Shown: positions 1 to 13,719, numbered from the stretch's first letter. The stretch is 64,000 bases of DNA from Escherichia coli 042 (GCF_000027125.1 NC_017626.1), one strand, 5' to 3'. Notes: generated by a model from the sequence alone, not told the origin. A program made the numbers and translations.

Positions 1-1608
1 CGCTTCTACTTTTTGTTCTGCCAGCATACGGGCTTTTACGTCCTGCTCGGCATAGCTCATTGAGTCTTTAATCATCGAGGCGATTTCGCTGTCGGTCAGA
101 CCGTAGGACGGTTTGACCTGAATAGATGCCTCAACGCCGGTGGATTTCTCCATCGCCGTCACGCTCAAAAGACCGTCGGCATCGACCTGGAACGTCACGC
201 GAATATGCGCGCCGCCAGCCGGTAGCGCCGGAATACCACGCAGCGCAAAACGCGCCAGCGAGCGGCAGTCCTGCACCAGTTCGCGCTCACCCTGCATTAC
301 ATGGATAGACATCGCCGTCTGACCATCTTTAAAGGTGGTGAAATCCTGAGCGCGCGCCACCGGAATAGTGGTATTACGCGGAATCACTTTCTCCACCAGG
401 CCGCCCATCGTTTCGAGGCCCAGCGACAGCGGGATCACATCCAGCAACAGCATTTCGCTGTCCGGCTTGTTACCCACCAGAATATCCGCCTGAATCGCCG
501 CGCCAATAGCGACGACTTTATCCGGGTCGATAGAAGTCAGCGGTGGACGACCGAAAAATTCGCCTACTCGTTCACGCACCAGCGGCACGCGAGTAGAACC
601 GCCAACCATCACCACTTCCATCACTTCATCAGCCTCAACGCCAGCGTCTTTCAGCACACGACGACAAGCCAGTAAGGTTCGTTTTACCAGTGGCGCGATC
701 AGTTCGTTGAATTGTTCACGGCTGATTTCGCCCTGCCAGCCCGCAACGTTAACGGTCACGGAGTCCGCATCGCTCAGCGCGATTTTGGCCGCAATGGCAG
801 CATCCAGCAGTTCACGCTGAACGCGGTTATCGCTACGATCAGGAATGCCCGCCTGCTCGCGAATGTAATCCGCCAGCAGATGGTCGAAATCATCGCCGCC
901 GAGCGCGGAATCACCGCCGGTCGCCAGCACTTCGAACACGCCGCGACTTAAGCGCAGAATGGAAATATCAAACGTCCCGCCACCGAGGTCATAAACGGCG
1001 ATCACGCCTTCCTGACCGGAATCCAGCCCGTAGGCGATAGCCGCAGCGGTCGGTTCGTTAAGTAAGCGCAGGACGTGAAGGCCCGCCAGACGCGCCGCGT
1101 CTTTGGTGCCCTGACGCTGGGCATCGTCAAAGTACGCCGGAACGGTGATAACTACACCATCCAGCTCGCCTGCCAGGGCTTCAGTTGCCCGCGCCGCCAG
1201 TGCTTTGAGGATGTCCGCAGAAACGCGCACCGGGTTCAGCAGCCCCGCCGCCGTTTCAATCATCGGCAGGCCGTTTTCGCTGGCCTGGAATTGATAAGGC
1301 AGATGCGGATAGCGTTGCTGGATATCAGCCAGCGAGCGCCCCATCAGGCGTTTAACAGAACTAATGGTGTTGGCGGTGTCAAGCGCTGCGTTAGTACGCG
1401 CGTCATAACCCACCGAATGCCCTTGCTGTTGATAGTGAACAACAGACGGCAGCAGGTGACGGCCTTCATGGTCGGCTAACGTTTCGGCCTGACCGCTGCG
1501 CACTGTCGCCACCAGCGAGTTGGTTGTGCCCAGGTCAATACCGGCCGCCAGACGACGCTGATGCGGCGCAGCACTCAAACCAGGTTCACTAATTTGTAAT
1601 AAGGCCAT
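1..1608 (-). CDS. hscA: Fe-S cluster assembly chaperone HscA (Hsp70 family), C-terminal end truncated by window edge
   Basis: Reverse-strand translation from the ATG at 1608-1606 begins [10 protein letters not shown], a recognised HscA N-terminus; the frame runs off the window start. Sits immediately downstream of hscB as in the isc operon. Confidence 0.9.
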   Translation of the reverse strand, partial: MALLQISEPGLSAAPHQRRLAAGIDLGTTNSLVATVRSGQAETLADHEGRHLLPSVVHYQQQGHSVGYDARTNAALDTANTISSVKRLMGRSLADIQQRYPHLPYQFQASENGLPMIETAAGLLNPVRVSADILKALAARATEALAGELDGVVITVPAYFDDAQRQGTKDAARLAGLHVLRLLNEPTAAAIAYGLDSGQEGVIAVYDLGGGTFDISILRLSRGVFEVLATGGDSALGGDDFDHLLADYIREQAGIPDRSDNRVQRELLDAAIAAKIALSDADSVTVNVAGWQGEISREQFNELIAPLVKRTLLACRRVLKDAGVEADEVMEVVMVGGSTRVPLVRERVGEFFGRPPLTSIDPDKVVAIGAAIQADILVGNKPDSEMLLLDVIPLSLGLETMGGLVEKVIPRNTTIPVARAQDFTTFKDGQTAMSIHVMQGERELVQDCRSLARFALRGIPALPAGGAHIRVTFQVDADGLLSVTAMEKSTGVEASIQVKPSYGLTDSEIASMIKDSMSYAEQDVKARMLAEQKVEA

Positions 1609-1624
1609 GTTTAGCTTCCAGAAA

Positions 1625-2140
1625 TTAAAAATCGAGCAGTTTTTCTTCGAGTTGTTCGGCACTGCTTCGCAGTTTATCGAGAAAACGCAGCTTACGCACG
1701 GTATCCGCCGCCGCGTCCCACGTCTCGTTGTCTAACTGTTCAACCATCAACTGATGGCGGGTATCAAACATCTTTTTCACACGTTTGATAAAGCTTTCCA
1801 GCCGCGCTTCATCTTTCGCCTGTTCGATCTCGTCCAGTTCTTCGCGCAGTTCCAGCTGTTCCATCAGGAACGCGGTGTCGCGCACAGTATGCTGCTCGCT
1901 GGCGAGATCAAAACCGTGCAAAGAAAGCAAATATTCCGCGCGCATTAACGGATGACGCAGCGTTTGCCAGGCCTGGTTAATGGTTGCAGATTGCTGTACG
2001 GCGGCGAGTTGTTCCGCCTGGCTTCCGCTGGCGAATTTATCAGGATGATACTGACGTTGTAGATCCTGAAAACGCAGGCTCAGCGCCTGGGTATCGAGTT
2101 GATAACGGGCAGGCAAGCCAAAGAGGGTGAAGTAATCCAT
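1625..2140 (-). CDS. hscB: Fe-S cluster co-chaperone HscB (J-domain)
   Basis: 171-aa ORF starting [16 protein letters not shown] with an HPD motif; isc operon context. Confidence 0.95.
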   Translation of the reverse strand: MDYFTLFGLPARYQLDTQALSLRFQDLQRQYHPDKFASGSQAEQLAAVQQSATINQAWQTLRHPLMRAEYLLSLHGFDLASEQHTVRDTAFLMEQLELREELDEIEQAKDEARLESFIKRVKKMFDTRHQLMVEQLDNETWDAAADTVRKLRFLDKLRSSAEQLEEKLLDF

Positions 2141-2235
2141 AACATTCTCAGGGCTGCGATCCGCCGCGATAACGGCGAATCAGGTAAAACAAACCCCACG
2201 CGCAGGCGACCACGGTGGGGTTATCGGTATGCGCA

Positions 2236-2559
2236 TCAAACGTGGAAGCTTTCGCCGCAACCACACTCATCTTTGACGTTCGGGTTGGTGAATTTAAACC
2301 CTTCGTTCAGGCCTTCTTTTACGAAGTCCAGCTGCGTACCGTCCAGAAATTGCAGGCTTTTGCCATCGACCACGACTTTCACGCCTTTGTCTTCAAACAC
2401 GATGTCTTCCGGCGTCGGTTCGTCAACAAATTCCAGTACATAAGCCATACCTGAACATCCGGAGGTTCTCACGCCCAGACGCAGGCCAAACCCTTTGCCG
2501 CGGTTAGCCAGAAAGGTATTTACTCGCGCTGCTGCACTGTCGCTCAGTGTAATCGACAT
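2236..2559 (-). CDS. iscA: Fe-S cluster assembly A-type carrier IscA
   Basis: ORF-track entry 2236..2565; the recognised IscA sequence starts at the internal [13 protein letters not shown] (107 aa) and ends CGCGESFHV. Confidence 0.9.
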   Translation of the reverse strand: MSITLSDSAAARVNTFLANRGKGFGLRLGVRTSGCSGMAYVLEFVDEPTPEDIVFEDKGVKVVVDGKSLQFLDGTQLDFVKEGLNEGFKFTNPNVKDECGCGESFHV

Positions 2560-2575
2560 AACCAAACCTCAACTC

Positions 2576-2962
2576 TTATTTTGCTTCACGTTTGCTTTTA
2601 TAGTCCGCAATGGCGGCTTTGATCGCGTCTTCTGCCAGAATAGAACAGTGAATTTTCACCGGCGGCAGTTCAAGTTCTTCAGCAATATCGGTGTTTTTGA
2701 TCGCCTGCGCTTCGTCGAGAGACTTCCCTTTCACCCATTCGGTGACCAGGGAGCTGGAAGCGATAGCAGAACCGCAGCCGTAAGTTTTAAAACGCGCGTC
2801 TTCAATGATACCTTCATCGTTGACTTTAATCTGCAACTTCATCACGTCGCCACAGGCCGGTGCACCCACCATGCCGCTGCCGACGTTCTCGTCGTTGTTG
2901 TCAAAGGAACCCACGTTACGCGGATTCTCGTAATGGTCGATAACTTTTTCGCTGTAAGCCAT
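2576..2962 (-). CDS. iscU: Fe-S cluster scaffold IscU
   Basis: 128-aa ORF MAYSEKVIDHYENPRNVGS with conserved Cys residues; operon position. Confidence 0.95.
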   Translation of the reverse strand: MAYSEKVIDHYENPRNVGSFDNNDENVGSGMVGAPACGDVMKLQIKVNDEGIIEDARFKTYGCGSAIASSSLVTEWVKGKSLDEAQAIKNTDIAEELELPPVKIHCSILAEDAIKAAIADYKSKREAK

Positions 2963-2989
2963 TATAAATTCTCCTGATTCCGATACCGA

Positions 2990-4204
2990 TTAATGATGTG
3001 CCCATTCGATGCTGTTCAGATCCACGCCCTGCTTGTACATTTCCCACAGCGGAGAAAGGTCACGCAGACGACCGATGGATTTACGAACTAACTCGATGGT
3101 GTAGTCGATCTCTTCTTCAGTAGTAAAACGACCTAAAGAGAAACGGATAGAGCTATGTGCCAGCTCGTCGTTCAGCCCCAGCGCGCGCAGCACGTAGGAC
3201 GGTTCGAGGCTTGCTGACGTACAGGCGGAACCTGAAGAAACCGCGAGGTCTTTCAGCGCCATAATCAGCGACTCACCTTCAACGTAGTTGAAGCTGACGT
3301 TGAGAATGTTCGGCGCGCCGTGTTCCAGGTCACCGTTCAGGTAAACTTCTTCGATATCTTTGATGCCGTTCCACAGACGGTTACGCAGGCCGCGCAGACG
3401 TTCCATCTCGGTCGCCATCTCTTCTTTTGCGATGCGATAGGCTTCGCCCATACCAACGATCTGGTGAACAGGCAGAGTGCCGGAACGCATACCGCGCTCG
3501 TGACCGCCGCCGTGCATTTGCGCTTCGATGCGTACGCGCGGTTTACGACGCACATACAGCGCACCGATACCTTTCGGGCCATAGATTTTGTGACCGGAGA
3601 ATGACATCAGGTCAACTTTCAACTGGCTCAGGTCGATAGGCAGTTTGCCCACGCTCTGGGTTGCATCAACGTGATAGATAATGCCGCGAGCACGGCACAT
3701 TTCGCCGATAGCCGCGATATCCTGCACCACGCCGATTTCGTTATTTACGTGCATGATGGAAACGAGGATGGTGTCGTCACGCATCGCTGCTTCCAGTTCT
3801 TTCAGGTCGATAATGCCATTACGCTGCGGTGCCAGGTAGGTGACTTCGAAACCTTCGCGCTCCAGCTGACGGCAGGTATCCAGTACCGCTTTGTGTTCGG
3901 TTTTACTGGTGATGATGTGCTTGCCTTTTTTCTGATAAAAGTTGGCTGCACCTTTGATCGCCAGGTTGTCAGATTCGGTTGCACCAGAGGTAAAGACGAT
4001 TTCACGCGGGTCAGCGCCGACCAGATCGGCAATCTGATTACGGGCGATATCTACCGCTTCTTCAGCCTGCCAGCCGAAACGGTGAGAACGGGAGGCCGGG
4101 TTACCAAAGGTTCCGTCCATCGTCATAAACTGCATCATTTTCTCGGCAACACGCGGGTCCACCGGCGTGGTTGCGGAGTAGTCGAGATAAATCGGTAATT
4201 TCAT
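2990..4204 (-). CDS. iscS: Cysteine desulfurase IscS (PLP-dependent)
   Basis: ORF 2990..4228; the recognised IscS N-terminus [14 protein letters not shown] begins 8 codons in; SGHK PLP-lysine motif and SSGSACTS active-site loop present. Confidence 0.92.
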
Positions 4205-4315
4205 TGCTCTATAAACTCCGTACATCACTCAATGCAAGGAACCAGGCTACCGGCTGGATGTACGACCGTGTTTACGGAGCGCGATACGCCCCGGCCTGAT
4301 TCTGAATTCTTTTTA

Positions 4316-4804
4316 TTAAGCGCGTAACTTAACGTCGATCGCGTCTTGTGTGCGGGTGCGTGGCGCGTCGTGAGTATGCTGACGACCAGACACATCCAGC
4401 ACTTCCTGGTTATTAACCAGTTCGCCTAAAGTAATGTTGTTGAGAAAACCGGTGAGACGGTCGCTCAAATCACGCCATAGCGCGTGGGTCAGGCATTTAT
4501 CGCCGCCCTGGCAGCCGCCTTTACCCTGACAACGGGTGGCATCTACAGATTCGTCAACGGCGCTAATCACTTCGCCAACGGCGATGCTGCTGGCATCTTT
4601 GCCTAACAGATAACCACCGCCTGGTCCACGTACGCTGGAAACCAGACCATTTTTACGCAGACGGGAAAACAGTTGTTCCAGATAAGAAAGGGAAATTCCC
4701 TGACGTTCGGAAATATCAGCCAACGGTACCGGGCCCGCTTCAGAGTTGAGCGCAACGTCAAGCATTGCGGTCACGGCATAGCGCCCTTTAGATGTCAGTC
4801 TCAT
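4316..4804 (-). CDS. iscR: Rrf2-family Fe-S transcriptional regulator IscR
   Basis: 162-aa [22 protein letters not shown] with Rrf2 helix-turn-helix and cluster-ligand cysteines. Confidence 0.95.
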
Positions 4805-4805
4805 G

Positions 4806-4940
4806 TCTTACTTCACCTCAAACTCGCCCCTGCCCGGGGTTTTTTATTGTAAAAGTGGGGGTATTGCATAGCAGGGTCAAGTCTGACATTCCCGAGTAAA
4901 TTGGTCAACTATTTACTTGACTGATTTAGTCGGGTATTTA
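4806..4940 (-). promoter_or_regulatory. iscRSUA promoter/operator region with IscR type-1-like sites
   Basis: Upstream of the iscR start; reverse strand contains ATAGTTGACCAATTTACTCGGGAAT and AATACCCGACTAAATCAGTCAAGTAAAT, matching recalled IscR autoregulatory sites. Exact boundaries are inferred. Confidence 0.5.
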
Positions 4941-4981
4941 ACCTTCAGTGCCATTTTTTTATCGTGGCGTTTGTACCTGTT

Positions 4982-5066
4982 GTCGGATGCGACGTGAACG
5001 CCTTATCCGACCTGAGGCTCTGTGCACTGTAGGCCTGATACGACGCGTTAAGCGTCGCATCAGGTA
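4982..5066. repeat. REP/BIME: two palindromic units between iscR and trmJ
   Basis: GTCGGATGCGACGTGAACGCCTTATCCGAC and TGTAGGCCTGATACGACGCGTTAAGCGTCGCATCAGG are typical REP (palindromic unit) sequences. Confidence 0.8.
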
Positions 5067-5073
5067 ACCACTA

Positions 5074-5814
5074 TTATTCGGCCTTATTACCTTTATTCTG
5101 CTGCTCTATAGAAGCCAGAATCCCGCGCAGGATATTCAATTCCTGGCTTTCCGGGCGCGCACGGGTAAACAAACGACGCAATTTATTCATCACCTGCCCC
5201 GGATGGTTTTCACGAATAAAACCGGTTGCCAGCAGCGTTTGTTCGAGATGACCATAAAAACGCTCCAGATCATCGACCAGCGGATACGGCGTCTCTTCAT
5301 GCTCAACCTGCTCGCCATTTTCCTGAGTTGCCAGCCAGGCCATGCGCACTTCATAGGCAATAACCTGAACCGCCATCGCCAGGTTCAGCGAACTGTATTC
5401 CGGGTTAGCCGCAATGGCGACATGATAATGGCATTTCTGCAACTCTTCATTGGTCAAGCCGACGCGCTCGCGACCAAAAACCAGCGCCACCGGGGTATTT
5501 GCCGCTTCAGCGACGCTTTTCAGACCGCATTCGCGCGGGTCGAGCATCGGCCACGGCAGCGTGCGCGAGCGTGCGCTGGTACCCACCACCAGGCTACAAC
5601 CGGCTAACGCTTCGTCGAGCGTATCGACGATGTGAGCATTACCAATCACATCGCTGGCCCCTGCTGCCAGGGCAATCGCCTGGGAGTCAGGTTTCACCAG
5701 TGGATTAACCAACCACAGATTGGTTAATCCCATTGTTTTCATGGCACGGGCAACAGAACCCATATTGCCGGTGTGTGTCGTCTCCACCAGCACAATTCGA
5801 ATATTTTGCAGCAT
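5074..5814 (-). CDS. trmJ: tRNA (cytidine/uridine-2'-O)-methyltransferase TrmJ (SpoU family)
   Basis: 246-aa [33 protein letters not shown]; SPOUT methyltransferase family. Confidence 0.9.
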   Translation of the reverse strand: MLQNIRIVLVETTHTGNMGSVARAMKTMGLTNLWLVNPLVKPDSQAIALAAGASDVIGNAHIVDTLDEALAGCSLVVGTSARSRTLPWPMLDPRECGLKSVAEAANTPVALVFGRERVGLTNEELQKCHYHVAIAANPEYSSLNLAMAVQVIAYEVRMAWLATQENGEQVEHEETPYPLVDDLERFYGHLEQTLLATGFIRENHPGQVMNKLRRLFTRARPESQELNILRGILASIEQQNKGNKAE

Positions 5815-5932
5815 TGTCTTTCTTCGTCTAAAGATTATTCGCGCATCTTATCATAAAACGAAGACAGATGCCGATCTCGCTGCTATACTCTGCGCCGTTT
5901 TCCCGTTCTTTAACATCCAGTGAGAGAGACCG

Positions 5933-6736
5933 ATGCATCCGATGCTGAACATCGCCGTGCGCGCAGCGCGCAAGGCGGGTAATTTAATTGCCAAAAACTA
6001 TGAAACCCCGGACGCTGTAGAAGCGAGCCAGAAAGGCAGTAACGACTTCGTGACCAACGTAGATAAAGCTGCCGAAGCGGTGATTATCGACACGATTCGT
6101 AAATCTTACCCACAGCACACCATCATCACCGAAGAAAGCGGTGAACTTGAAGGTACTGATCAGGATGTTCAATGGGTTATCGATCCACTGGATGGCACTA
6201 CCAACTTTATCAAACGTCTGCCGCACTTCGCGGTATCTATCGCCGTTCGTATCAAAGGCCGCACTGAAGTTGCTGTGGTTTACGATCCTATGCGTAACGA
6301 ACTGTTCACCGCCACTCGCGGTCAGGGCGCACAGCTGAACGGCTACCGTCTGCGCGGCAGCACCGCTCGCGATCTCGACGGTACTATTCTGGCGACCGGC
6401 TTCCCGTTCAAAGCAAAACAGTACGCCACCACCTACATCAACATCGTCGGCAAACTGTTCAACGAATGCGCTGACTTCCGTCGTACCGGTTCTGCGGCGC
6501 TGGATCTGGCTTACGTTGCTGCGGGTCGCGTTGACGGTTTCTTTGAAATCGGTCTGCGTCCGTGGGATTTCGCCGCAGGCGAGCTGCTGGTTCGTGAAGC
6601 GGGCGGCATCGTCAGCGACTTCACCGGTGGTCATAACTACATGCTGACCGGTAACATCGTTGCTGGTAACCCGCGCGTTGTTAAAGCCATGCTGGCGAAC
6701 ATGCGTGACGAGTTAAGCGACGCCCTGAAGCGTTAA
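5933..6736 (+). CDS. suhB: Inositol monophosphatase SuhB
   Basis: 267-aa ORF MHPMLNIAVRAARKAGN with WVIDPLDGTTNF IMPase motif. Confidence 0.95.
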   Translation: MHPMLNIAVRAARKAGNLIAKNYETPDAVEASQKGSNDFVTNVDKAAEAVIIDTIRKSYPQHTIITEESGELEGTDQDVQWVIDPLDGTTNFIKRLPHFAVSIAVRIKGRTEVAVVYDPMRNELFTATRGQGAQLNGYRLRGSTARDLDGTILATGFPFKAKQYATTYINIVGKLFNECADFRRTGSAALDLAYVAAGRVDGFFEIGLRPWDFAAGELLVREAGGIVSDFTGGHNYMLTGNIVAGNPRVVKAMLANMRDELSDALKR

Positions 6737-6880
6737 TGACTCTGGCGGGTGATGTCACTCACCCGCCCTCGCCTTTCAGGCGCTATTCCGAAATACTTCC
6801 TCACCGCTTTACTTTCTTTCGCCACTCTCCCACCATCTTTCCCCGATTAATGGATAATAAAGAAGTCGCAAGGAAAGGTT

Positions 6881-7735
6881 ATGGCGCTGCCAGTGAACAA
6901 ACGCGTTCTCAAAATTCTGTTTATTCTCTTTGTTGTTGCCTTCTGCATTTATTTAATACCGCGCATCGCCATCAATTTTTTCTATTACCCTGACGACAAA
7001 ATCTACGGCCCCGATCCCTGGTCAGCCGAATCAGTAGAATTCACCGCTAAAGATGGCACTCGCCTACATGGTTGGTTTATCCCTTCTGCAACTGGCCCCG
7101 CTGAAAATGCCATTGCCACCATTATTCATGCTCACGGCAATGCCGGAAATATGTCCGCCCACTGGCCGCTGGTCAGTTGGTTACCCGAGCGTAATTTCAA
7201 CGTTTTTATGTTTGATTATCGCGGGTTTGGTAAATCAAAAGGCACGCCGTCCCAGGCCGGATTGCTGGACGATACGCAAAGTGCCATCAATGTGGTGCGC
7301 CATCGCAGTGATGTAAACCCACAACGGCTGGTGCTGTTCGGGCAGAGTATTGGCGGGGCGAATATTCTGGATGTTATTGGTCAGGGTGATCGTGAAGGCA
7401 TACGTGCGGTGATCCTCGACTCCACATTCGCCTCTTATGCGACCATCGCCAACCAGATGCTCCCCGGCAGTGGCTACTTACTTGATGAGAGTTACAGCGG
7501 CGAAAATTACATCGCCAGCGTCAGCCCGATCCCGCTTTTACTGATTCACGGTAAAGCTGATCACGTTATCCCATGGCAGCACAGCGAAAAGTTGTATAGC
7601 CTGGCAAAAGAGCCAAAACGGTTGATCCTAATCCCGGATGGCGAACACATTGATGCTTTTTCCGATCGTCACGGCGATGTTTATCGCGAACAGATGGTGG
7701 ATTTTATCCTTAGCGCGTTGAATCCGCAGAACTAA
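6881..7735 (+). CDS. yfhR: Alpha/beta-hydrolase family protein YfhR
   Basis: 284-aa ORF with N-terminal hydrophobic segment and GQSIGG nucleophile-elbow motif. Confidence 0.85.
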   Translation: MALPVNKRVLKILFILFVVAFCIYLIPRIAINFFYYPDDKIYGPDPWSAESVEFTAKDGTRLHGWFIPSATGPAENAIATIIHAHGNAGNMSAHWPLVSWLPERNFNVFMFDYRGFGKSKGTPSQAGLLDDTQSAINVVRHRSDVNPQRLVLFGQSIGGANILDVIGQGDREGIRAVILDSTFASYATIANQMLPGSGYLLDESYSGENYIASVSPIPLLLIHGKADHVIPWQHSEKLYSLAKEPKRLILIPDGEHIDAFSDRHGDVYREQMVDFILSALNPQN

Positions 7736-7925
7736 CCCATGATCGCTAGCACGATAATCATTCACAAAACCACCTTAAGACATGCTAATCCACTGGTCAG
7801 AACAGTTTAAGATGAGAAAAATTCTGTGACGCTTGCCAACATTTCTGATGATTAGCATTCCCTTCGCCATTTCCCTGAGCAAACTTTAGCTATTCTTATC
7901 AATTATGCTTATGGGAGATCTACAG

Positions 7926-9206
7926 ATGATGCCTACGCTTGCTCCACCATCTGTCCTTTCGGCTCCCCAGCGCCGCTGCCAGATCTTGCTGACGCTCTTT
8001 CAGCCGGGGTTGACCGCCACCACGGCAACTTTCAGCGAGCTTAATGGTGTGGATGATGATATTGCCAGTCTTGATATCAGCGAAACAGGACGGGAGATCC
8101 TGCGCTATCATCAACTCACACTGACTACTGGTTATGACGGTAGCTACCGGGTTGAAGGTACAGTGCTTAACCAACGTTTGTGTTTATTTCACTGGCTACG
8201 ACGTGGTTTCCGTCTGTGTCCGTCATTTATTACCAGCCATTTCACCCCCGCCCTGAAGAGTGAACTGAAGCGGCGCGGAATTGCGCGTAACTTTTACGAC
8301 GATACCAATCTACAAGCGTTAGTGAATCTCTGCTCCCGACGGCTGCAAAAACACTTTGAAACGCGCGATATTCATTTCCTGTGTCTGTATCTGCAATATT
8401 GTTTGCTGCAACACCACGCTGGAATTACGCCTCAGTTTAATCCGCTCCAACGTCGCTGGGCGGAATCCTGCCTTGAATTTCAGGTAGCGCAGGAAATTGG
8501 ACGCCACTGGCAGCGTCGAGCGCTCCAGCCTGTACCGCCTGATGAGCCACTGTTCATGGCATTACTTTTTTCCATGTTGCGGGTTCCCGATCCACTGCGG
8601 GATGCGCATCAGCGGGACAGACAACTGCGTCAGTCTATCAAACGTCTGGTAAACCATTTTCGTGAGCTGGGAAATGTTCGTTTTTATGATGAACAGGGGT
8701 TGTGCGATCAGCTTTATACCCACCTCGCCCAGGCGTTAAATCGCAGTTTGTTTGCCATCGGTATTGATAACACCCTGCCGGAAGAGTTCGCCCGCCTGTA
8801 TCCACGCCTGGTGCGCACCACCCGCGCGGCGCTGACCGGATTTGAAAGTGAATACGGCGTCCATCTTTCTGATGAGGAAAGCGGTCTGGTCGCGGTGATT
8901 TTTGGTGCCTGGCTAATGCAGGAAAACGACCTGCATGAGAAACAGATTATTCTACTGACCGGGAATGATAGTGAGCGAGAAGCGCAGATTGAGCAGCAGC
9001 TACGCGAACTAACGTTACTGCCGCTCAATATTAAACATATGTCGGTAAAGGTATTTTTGCAGACAGGCGCTCCGCGCGGCGCGGCACTGATTATTGCTCC
9101 TTATACCATGCCGTTACCGCTCTTTTCACCACCGCTGATCTATACGGACCTGACGCTGACAACACATCAACAGGAGCAGATCCGCAAAATACTCGAATCA
9201 GCATGA
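7926..9206 (+). CDS. csiE: Stationary-phase inducible protein CsiE (PRD-containing regulator-like)
   Basis: ORF 7905..9206; the recognised CsiE N-terminus MMPTLAPPSVLSAPQRR begins 7 codons in. The 3' end overlaps hcaT tail-to-tail. Confidence 0.85.
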   Translation: MMPTLAPPSVLSAPQRRCQILLTLFQPGLTATTATFSELNGVDDDIASLDISETGREILRYHQLTLTTGYDGSYRVEGTVLNQRLCLFHWLRRGFRLCPSFITSHFTPALKSELKRRGIARNFYDDTNLQALVNLCSRRLQKHFETRDIHFLCLYLQYCLLQHHAGITPQFNPLQRRWAESCLEFQVAQEIGRHWQRRALQPVPPDEPLFMALLFSMLRVPDPLRDAHQRDRQLRQSIKRLVNHFRELGNVRFYDEQGLCDQLYTHLAQALNRSLFAIGIDNTLPEEFARLYPRLVRTTRAALTGFESEYGVHLSDEESGLVAVIFGAWLMQENDLHEKQIILLTGNDSEREAQIEQQLRELTLLPLNIKHMSVKVFLQTGAPRGAALIIAPYTMPLPLFSPPLIYTDLTLTTHQQEQIRKILESA

Positions 9207-10337
9207 GGGAACAACTTTCGGGCGCAAAAACATTGCCGGAAGCGCCACCAGCGCCATCACCCAGAACACGCCGTGGCCCAGATATTGATACAGGAAACCG
9301 GCGAAAACGGTCATGATGGCGATACTGCCGCCCATCGCGACGGCAGAGTAAACCGCCTGTAAACGGATGACTTCGCTACCCTGGCGAGCGGCAATATAGC
9401 GCATGGCGGCCAGGTGGCAGACCGTGAAGGTGCCGCAATGCAGAATTTGCACCACTATCAACCACGGCAACGCCGTAGTTGCTCCCATAATGCCCCAGCG
9501 CACTACGCCGCAAATCGCCGAGATCAACAGCATATCGCGTGCACTACAACGGCGGAAAAGTTTATTACTCAGCGCAAAGATAATGACTTCCGCCACCACG
9601 CCCAGCGACCACAAATAGCCCACCGCCGAGGCCGAGTAGCCAGCGGCCTGCCAGTAAATGGCGCTAAAACCGTAATAGGCCGCATGCGCCCCCTGCAATA
9701 AACAAACGCAGGCCAGAAAGCGCCAGTTCTGGCGAACCAGCGCCAACCACGCAGACCAACCGGTGCTCTCCTGCTGGCGGCTTGCCCCTTGTGGCTGAAT
9801 CGTTGGACGGATGAGAAAGCCGAGCAGCATGGATGCCACGCCCAACGTCAACAGCGCGAGGATCACCCGATAATCAAACATAGTGACCAGTTTACCCGTC
9901 AACGCCGAGCCAATGACAAACGCCACCGAGCCCCACAATCGCACTTTGCCGTAATCAAGCGGGAACTGCTTTTGCCACGTATTCGCCAGTGCATCGGTCA
10001 ACGGTACCAGCGGTGAGAAAAAGAGGTTAAAGCCAATCATCACCAGCATCAGCCACGCTACGTGCGCCCCCGCCCAGAAGGCGACTGCAAAGAGAAGTGT
10101 CAGCAGTGCCAGCACGCGCAAGGCGGAAATCAGGCGAGAAGGATCGCTGACGCGGGGCGCGATGAGCAAACTCCCGAGAAAACGGGCAACCAGACCTGTC
10201 CCCAATAACAGGCCGATGGTTTCTGGCGTTAAACCAATCCCTTTAAGCCAGACGCTCCAGAAAGGTAGAAAAATGCCGTAACTAAAAAAGTATGTGAAAT
10301 AGCCGAGCGCCAACCAGCGCGTGGATTGCAAAACCAT
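9198..10337 (-). CDS. hcaT: MFS transporter HcaT (putative 3-phenylpropionate transporter)
   Basis: 379-aa ORF with about 12 predicted hydrophobic helices; adjacent to hcaR and the hca operon. Confidence 0.9.
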   Translation of the reverse strand: MVLQSTRWLALGYFTYFFSYGIFLPFWSVWLKGIGLTPETIGLLLGTGLVARFLGSLLIAPRVSDPSRLISALRVLALLTLLFAVAFWAGAHVAWLMLVMIGFNLFFSPLVPLTDALANTWQKQFPLDYGKVRLWGSVAFVIGSALTGKLVTMFDYRVILALLTLGVASMLLGFLIRPTIQPQGASRQQESTGWSAWLALVRQNWRFLACVCLLQGAHAAYYGFSAIYWQAAGYSASAVGYLWSLGVVAEVIIFALSNKLFRRCSARDMLLISAICGVVRWGIMGATTALPWLIVVQILHCGTFTVCHLAAMRYIAARQGSEVIRLQAVYSAVAMGGSIAIMTVFAGFLYQYLGHGVFWVMALVALPAMFLRPKVVPSC

Positions 10338-10496
10338 GAGTCCCTCCCGTCAGGAGGCGTTAGTCTGGGGTTAATCGAATGTTGGTGCAAGTTGAAAAAT
10401 AAGAATATTCGAGCCTGCTTCCCGATGTCTGTAACGCCAGTTCACAAGCACTCAAAAACTGCGACCTGCGACGCATGTTGCAAAAATAATGCGTAA

Positions 10497-11387
10497 TTAT
10501 GCCGTTACGCTTGCCAAACGTTCCTGCACAATGGCGATGAAATCGCGTAATGCCGGCTTCATCTCCCCTTTCTTCCACGCCATCAGTAAAGTAATGGAAG
10601 GCACATTTCCGGCAATGGGTCGAAATACCACCTGGCCGGTATTAAAATTATTCATATAACCGGGTATCAAAGTGACGCCCAGCCCCATCCCCACCAGATT
10701 CATGGTCACCAGAATATTCGTTGCCACCTGGACGATATTTGGCTGGCTGTTTTCTTGCGCAAACCACGCTTTAACGATCGGCGCAAGCGAACCGGAATAC
10801 GCTGGATCAGTACTGACGAAATTCACGCCATCCAGTTGCGCGGCAGTGATCTCTTTTTCATGTGCTAAAGGGTGATCAACCGGTAACACCACCACTAATG
10901 GTTCGTCAAAAAGCTCCAGATAATCAATCTCCGGGCTATAAACAGGATGGCGCATTAAGCCGACGTCGAGTTCACCACGGCGAATTTTTTCTTCCTGTTC
11001 CGTGGTGATTAAACTCACCAGCTCAATTAAGGTGTCTGGCTGTCTGAGACGAAACATCGGTAATACTTTTGGCAGTAAATTCACTTCCGCCGATGGCACA
11101 AAGCCAATGGTTAATTGTCTGTCTTCCTGAACAATTTTCCGCGCCCGTAATTTGGCATTTTCCGCTTGTTCGAGGATTGCCAGCGCGTCCTGGAGAAAAC
11201 ATTCTCCCGCCGCCGTCAACGCGACTTTGCGCTTATCCCTCACCAGTAACGGAACACCGACACAGTTTTCAAGATCGCGGATCTGGCTGCTTAACGAAGG
11301 CTGTGAGGTATGCAGTTTTTCCGCCGCACGGGTAAAGTTCAGTGCCTGCGCCACTGCGACGAAATAGCGTAAATGCCGTAGTTCCAT
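10497..11387 (-). CDS. hcaR: LysR-type transcriptional activator HcaR
   Basis: ORF 10497..11480; the LysR HTH N-terminus MELRHLRYFVAVAQALNFTRAAEKLHTSQPSLS starts at the internal Met (296 aa). Divergent from hcaE. Confidence 0.9.
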   Translation of the reverse strand: MELRHLRYFVAVAQALNFTRAAEKLHTSQPSLSSQIRDLENCVGVPLLVRDKRKVALTAAGECFLQDALAILEQAENAKLRARKIVQEDRQLTIGFVPSAEVNLLPKVLPMFRLRQPDTLIELVSLITTEQEEKIRRGELDVGLMRHPVYSPEIDYLELFDEPLVVVLPVDHPLAHEKEITAAQLDGVNFVSTDPAYSGSLAPIVKAWFAQENSQPNIVQVATNILVTMNLVGMGLGVTLIPGYMNNFNTGQVVFRPIAGNVPSITLLMAWKKGEMKPALRDFIAIVQERLASVTA

Positions 11388-11486
11388 CACCTTCCCCTTG
11401 TTATCGAAAAAACGTCTCAGCTGGTAGAAATTAACTATTTCACATATTAGCAACCAACCAGCAACATCCTTATGGCACAAAAATAG

Positions 11487-13398
<1,912 letters not shown>

Positions 13399-13399
<1 letters not shown>

Positions 13400-13719
13400 T
13401 GAATCGAATTTATGCGTGTCCCGTTGCGGATGTGCCGGAGGGTGAGGCTCTCCGGATCGATACCTCGCCCGTCATCGCCTTGTTCAACGTGGGCGGCGAG
13501 TTTTATGCCATTAACGATCGTTGCAGCCATGGTAATGCGTCGATGTCAGAAGGGTATCTGGAAGATGACGCCACGGTGGAGTGCCCGCTGCACGCCGCCA
13601 GTTTTTGCCTGAAAACGGGGAAAGCGTTATGCCTGCCCGCCACCGATCCGCTAACCACTTATCCAGTACACGTTGAAGGTGGTGACATCTTCATCGACTT
13701 ACCGGAGGCGCAGCCATGA
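13399..13719 (+). CDS. hcaC: Rieske ferredoxin component of 3-phenylpropionate dioxygenase
   Basis: 106 aa with [11 protein letters not shown]...CPLH Rieske motif. Confidence 0.9.

Noticed and set aside
5984-6634. 216-aa minus-strand ORF opposite suhB
   Set aside because: Fully embedded antisense in suhB, which has clear inositol-monophosphatase motifs; no independent start context.
6736-6993. 85-aa ORF in the suhB-yfhR gap
   Set aside because: Starts at the suhB stop and runs into yfhR in a different frame; no ribosome-binding site and no recognisable protein features; the gap is better explained as the yfhR promoter region.
10360-10578. 72-aa minus-strand ORF between hcaT and hcaR
   Set aside because: Overlaps the 3' end of hcaR in another frame and the hcaT promoter region; hydrophilic low-complexity translation; likely spurious.
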